Part shown: positions 58,829 through 64,000 of the stretch, in pieces | Numbering within the stretch: the first letter of the stretch is position 1 | Layout of the letters: every line of letters begins with the position of its first letter | NCBI GenBank assembly: GCA_037447605.1 | Contig: CM074804.1 | Location: forward strand, 6,797,909-6,861,908 | Direction: 5' to 3' | Source of the DNA: Zygnema circumcarinatum SAG 698-1b | Lineage: Eukaryota > Plantae > Zygnematophyceae | DNA: 64,000 nucleotides | The notes under the pieces: model-generated | What the model saw: only the letters and a program-made list of their open reading frames with translations | What the model was told of the DNA's origin: nothing | Database searches by the model: none | Made by a program: the position numbers and the translations under genes

Positions 58829-60317
58829 TCGCGGCATGGCATGTGCTCTCATCTTGTGAGGGTTAGGAGATGGTTCAGTGGGGATGCTTCGCTCATGGAG
58901 AAGAAAACTGCACGCTCTGCTTTTGTTAGGCTGCATTCGTCGCATTATCTGAACGGAAAAACAGCTCAGAAGAAAGCAAGATGCTGATTTTCCAAGTCGA
59001 GAACGATGCTGTGCTTCTGCTTGCCCAGGACGGTGATTTGCGGAAGTGATTCGAGAATGACTCCTAGACATCGACTTAGGGGCAATTATTCAATTATTTG
59101 TTGAATGACCAGCCAAAGGCTCTGAGAAACTTTCATTTAGGTAAAGGATGCGACCGATTATCATGGCAGATCTATTCTGGAAGTTTGCGCTTTGCAACAC
59201 AAAGTAAGCGTATGCTGCAGGCCTTTAGTCTGCTTGCGAACTGACCAGCTTGGTCTGTGGCGCACAAGTTAGCCAGTTTCGGCCCCTCATGATGACTGGT
59301 TTTTCCCAAGGCGGGTTGTAGGCGTTTCCGTAGGCCACAGTGGCAGATCAATGTAGATACGCTAATATAAGCTCTGCAATGTACATGAGCATCCAGGGGG
59401 CTTTCCCGCCAAACTGGATGTGTTCCGAATGCTGCGTCAACGTGATGGACTTTTGCCGTGACGAGTTGACGCACCACCTCGTTGCCTGCTAGGCTTGGCC
59501 ATCCTCTAAAACCAGACTCCTCAGTTCAGGCACAGAGCCCTAACATTGGCACACGGCCCAACGTTACAAGCAGCGAGGCATGCATGCAGCAAGGGCCTCA
59601 CTCACTCCCCCCGGAGAGAGGGAGCTCCCCTCCAAATCAACCAGGACATGACCGTCAACCACAGCCGTCCGATCGGAGCAATCTTGGACAAGACCGCTTG
59701 ACACGTGTCTGCATGGAACCGCCCTATCAGCGTTGTCCCCCACATGTGGCAGTTAAACAAGCCGCTGCTAATAGTTACACGCTTGTAAAACAGCCCTTAC
59801 ATGGAAGTGCCCCCGACGCGTCCTGTCCTGTCCTGTGGCGATCGTTACATCGCTCCGATTCTGCCGAAACGGTTCGCGTCGGACGACCGTACGACTTGTG
59901 CTGTACGGCAGATTGCACGGACAGTGTACGGAGGGAGGTTATGGCGGCCGAGCATGGCCGTGCACTGGGAGGCCACGTCATCAAAAGGCCGTACGGTTGC
60001 CGTTAATTGGCCAACCTGGAGATACGACAAACGCGGCCGAACAGCTGGCGATCACTTACGGCTTCTGTGTAAAGTGCCTGCCCGCCTGCCCGCCCGCCCA
60101 GGCCGGCAGGCGGCCTGCCAGCGCGCTGCGGGGGGCGCCGGGCGGGAAGGGCTGTACGGCGGTCAGCGACTCAGCGGGCGGCCACGCTCGGTCGCCGCTA
60201 GCGACAAGCTGCTGTCGCGGCCGTACCGCCGAGGCAGGATTAGCAAAATGAAAATAATTGTTGCGAAAGCTCCAGATAAAATGCATTCAAAACTTGCACA
60301 GATCGGACCATTAGACA

Positions 60318-63300
60318 AACCAGTCGACTGGTTGGCAACCAGTGGTTGCGGACCGAAACAACCATTCGACTGGTTGCCAACCAGTGGCATCCACTGGTTC
60401 CAAACCATTCGACTGGTTGCCAACCAGTGGTTGCGGATCGAAACAACCATTCGACTGGTTGCCAACCAGTGGCATCCACTGGTCCCAAACCAGTCGACTG
60501 GTTGCCAACCAGTGGTTGCGGACCGAAACAACCATTCGACTGGTTGCCAACCAGTGGCATCCACTGGTTCCAAACCAGTCGACTGGTTGCCAACCAGTGG
60601 CATCCACTGGTTCCAAACCATTCGACTGGTTGCCAACCAGTGGTTGCGGACCGAAACAACCATTCGACTGGTTGCCAACCAGTGGTTGCGGATCGAAACA
60701 ACCATTCGACTGGTTGCCAACCAGTGGCATCCACTGGTTCCAAACCATTCGACTGGTTGCCAACCAGTGGTTGCGGATCGAAACAACCATTCGACTGGTT
60801 GCCAACCAGTGGCATCCACTGGTTCCAAACCATTCGACTGGTTGCCAACCAGTGGTTGCGGACCGAAACAACCATTCGACTGGTTGCCAACCAGTGGTTG
60901 CGGATCGAAACAACCATTCGACTGGTTGCCAACCAGTGGCATCCACTGGTTCCAAACCATTCGACTGGTTGCCAACCAGTGGTTGCGGATCGAAACAACC
61001 ATTCGACTGGTTGCCAACCAGTGGCATCCACTGGTTCCAAACCATTCGACTGGTTGCCAACCAGTGGCATCCACTGGTTCCAAACCATTCGACTGGTTGC
61101 CAACCAGTGGCATCCACTGGTTCCAAACCATTCGACTGGTTGCCAACCAGTGGTTGCGGATCGAAACAACCATTCGACTGGTTGCCAACCAGTGGTTGCG
61201 GACCGAAACAACCATTCGACTGGTTGCCAACCAGTGGTTGCGGATCGAAACAACCATTCGACTGGTTGCCAACCAGTGGCATCCACTGGTTCCAAAACCA
61301 TTCGACTGGTTGCCAACCAGTGGTTGCGGACCGAAACAACCATTCGACTGGTTGCCAACCAGTGGTTGCGGATCGAAACAACCATTCGACTGGTTGCCAG
61401 CCAGTGGTTGCGGATCGAAACAACCATTCGACTGGTTGCCAACCAGTGGTTGCGGATCGAAACAACCATTCGACTGGTTGCCAACCAGTGGTTGCGGACC
61501 GAAACAACCATTCGACTGGTTGCCAACCAGTGGTTGCGGATCGAAACAACCATTCGACTGGTTGCCAACCAGTGGCATCCACTGGTTCCAAAACCATTCG
61601 ACTGGTTGCCAACCAGTGGTTGCGGATCGAAACAACCATTCGACTGGTTGCCAGCCAGTGGTTGCGGATCGAAACAACCATTCGACTGGTTGCCAACCAG
61701 TGGTTGCGGATCGAAACAACCATTCGACTGGTTGCCAACCAGTGGTTGCGGATCGAAACAACCATTCGACTGGTTGCCAACCAGTGGCATCCACTGGTTC
61801 CAAAACCATTCGACTGGTTGCCAACCAGTGGTTGCGGACCGAAACAACCATTCGACTGGTTGCCAACCAGTGGTTGCGGACCGAAACAACCATTCGACTG
61901 GTTGCCAACCAGTGGTTGCGGATCGAAACAACCATTCGACTGGTTGCCAACCAGTGGCATCCACTGGTTCCAAAACCATTCGACTGGTTGCCAACCAGTG
62001 GCATCCACTGGTTCCAAAACCATTCGACTGGTTGCCAGCCAGTGGTTGCGGACCGAAACAACCATTCGACTGGTTGCCAACCAGTGGTTGCGGATCGAAA
62101 CAACCATTCGACTGGTTGCCAACCAGTGGCATCCACTGGTTCCAAAACCATTCGACTGGTTGCCAACCAGTGGTTGCGGATCGAAACAACCATTCGACTG
62201 GTTGCCAACCAGTGGTTGCGGACCGAAACAACCATTCGACTGGTTGCCAGCCAGTGGTTGCGGATCGAAACAACCATTCGACTGGTTGCCAACCAGTGGT
62301 TGCGGATCGAAACAACCATTCGACTGGTTGCCAACCAGTGGCATCCACTGGTTCCAAAACCATTCGACTGGTTGCCAACCAGTGGCATCCACTGGTTCCA
62401 AAACCATTCGACTGGTTGCCAACCAGTGGTTGCGGATCGAAACAACCATTCGACTGGTTGCCAACCAGTGGTTGCGGATCGAAACAACCATTCGACTGGT
62501 TGCCAACCAGTGGTTGCGGACCGAAACAACCATTCGACTGGTTGCCAACCAGTGGCATCCACTGGTTCCAAAACCATTCGACTGGTTGCCAGCCAGTGGT
62601 TGCGGACCGAAACAACCATTCGACTGGTTGCCAACCAGTGGTTGCGGACCGAAACAACCATTCGACTGGTTGCCAGCCAGTGGTTGCGGATCGAAACAAC
62701 CATTCGACTGGTTGCCAGCCAGTGGTTGCGGACCGAAACAACCATTCGACTGGTTGCCAACCAGTGGCATCCACTGGTTCCAAAACCATTCGACTGGTTG
62801 CCAACCAGTGGTTGCGGACCGAAACAACCATTCGACTGGTTGCCAACCAGTGGCATCCACTGGTTCCAAAACCATTCGACTGGTTGCCAACCAGTGGTTG
62901 CGGATCGAAACAACCATTCGACTGGTTGCCAGCCAGTGGTTGCGGATCGAAACAACCATTCGACTGGTTGCCAGCCAGTGGTTGCGGACCGAAACAACCA
63001 TTCGACTGGTTGCCAACCAGTGGTTGCGGACCGAAACAACCATTCGACTGGTTGCCAACCAGTGGCATCCACTGGTTCCAAAACCATTCGACTGGTTGCC
63101 AACCAGTGGCATCCACTGGTTCCAAAACCATTCGACTGGTTGCCAACCAGTGGTTGCGGACCGAAACAACCATTCGACTGGTTGCCAACCAGTGGCATCC
63201 ACTGGTTCCAAAACCATTCGACTGGTTGCCAACCAGTGGCATCCACTGGTTCCAAAACCATTCGACTGGTTGCCAACCAGTGGCATCCACTGGTTCCAAA

Positions 63301-64000
63301 ACCATTCGACTGGTTGCCAACCAGTGGCATCCACTGGTTCCAAAACCATTCGACTGGTTGCCAACCAGTGGCATCCACTGGTTCCAAAACCATTCGACTG
63401 GTTGCCAACCAGTGGTTGCGGATCGAAACAACCATTCGACTGGTTGCCAACCAGTGGTTGCGGATCGAAACAACCATTCGACTGGTTGCCAACCAGTGGT
63501 TGCGGATCGAAACAACCATTCGACTGGTTGCCAGCCAGTGGTTGCGGACCGAAACAACCATTCGACTGGTTGCCAACCAGTGGCATCCACTGGTTCCAAA
63601 ACCATTCGACTGGTTGCCAACCAGTGGTTGCGGATCGAAACAACCATTCGACTGGTTGCCAACCAGTGGCATCCACTGGTTCCAAAACCATTCGACTGGT
63701 TGCCAACCAGTGGCATCCACTGGTCCCCAAACCAGTCGACTGGTTGCCAACCAGTGGTTGCGGATCGAAACAACCATTCGACTGGTTGCCAACCAGTGGC
63801 ATCCACTGGTTCCAAAACCATTCGACTGGTTGCCAGCCAGTGGTTGCGGACCGAAACAACCATTCGACTGGTTGCCAGCCAGTGGTTGCGGACCGAAACA
63901 ACCATTCGACTGGTTGCCAGCCAGTGGTTGCGGATCGAAACAACCATTCGACTGGTTGCCAACCAGTGGCATCCACTGGTTCCAAAACCATTCGACTGGT
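60318..64000. repeat. Palindromic modular satellite with 42/43/44-bp units (roughly 85 units in the window; continues past the end)
   Basis: Constant core AACCATTCGACTGGTTGCCAACCAGTGG (28 bp) followed by either TTGCGGA(C/T)CGAAAC (42-bp unit) or CATCCACTGGTTCCA(A) (43/44-bp unit). Confidence 0.97.

Noticed and set aside
59172-60251. ORFs between GH9 and the satellite
   Set aside because: No recognisable domain or consistent exon chain.
60163-63991. Three ORFs of over 1200 aa on the minus strand as real genes
   Set aside because: They are translations of the stop-free satellite, overlap in all three frames and have no unique domain.
60318-64000. CRISPR array (28-bp palindromic repeat plus spacers)
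   Set aside because: Spacers are only 14-16 bp and are reused from about three alleles, no cas genes are present, and the context is eukaryotic with introns.

Overview
Eukaryotic nuclear DNA with GT-AG introns and plant-type TTTAGGG repeats. The gene content suggests a non-vascular streptophyte, probably a streptophyte alga (inference). The window holds nine apparently intact multi-exon genes: an O-fucosyltransferase-like protein (-), a thylakoid TPM-domain protein (+), a WAC/PHD/DDT/WHIM chromatin factor (-), a START-like protein (+), two head-to-head lipid phosphate phosphatases (-/+), a DHQD/SDH-family enzyme (+), an LRR + uracil-DNA glycosylase fusion (+) and a GH9 endoglucanase with two CBM49-like modules (+). 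It also holds a broken GT14-like/DUF266 gene followed by an unrelated stop-containing exon fragment, a degenerate telomeric tract, a MITE, a perfect 45-bp palindrome, and a palindromic modular satellite of at least 3.7 kb that runs off the right end. The strongest leads are (1) a possibly organelle-targeted RNI-like LRR fused in-frame to an intact family-1 UNG, (2) a DHQD/SDH paralog with a degenerate dehydratase domain and quinate-dehydrogenase/NAD-type signatures, and (3) the satellite, in which a constant 28-bp core alternates aperiodically with a few spacer alleles. Gene models were spliced by eye and family assignments come from recalled motifs, not database searches.
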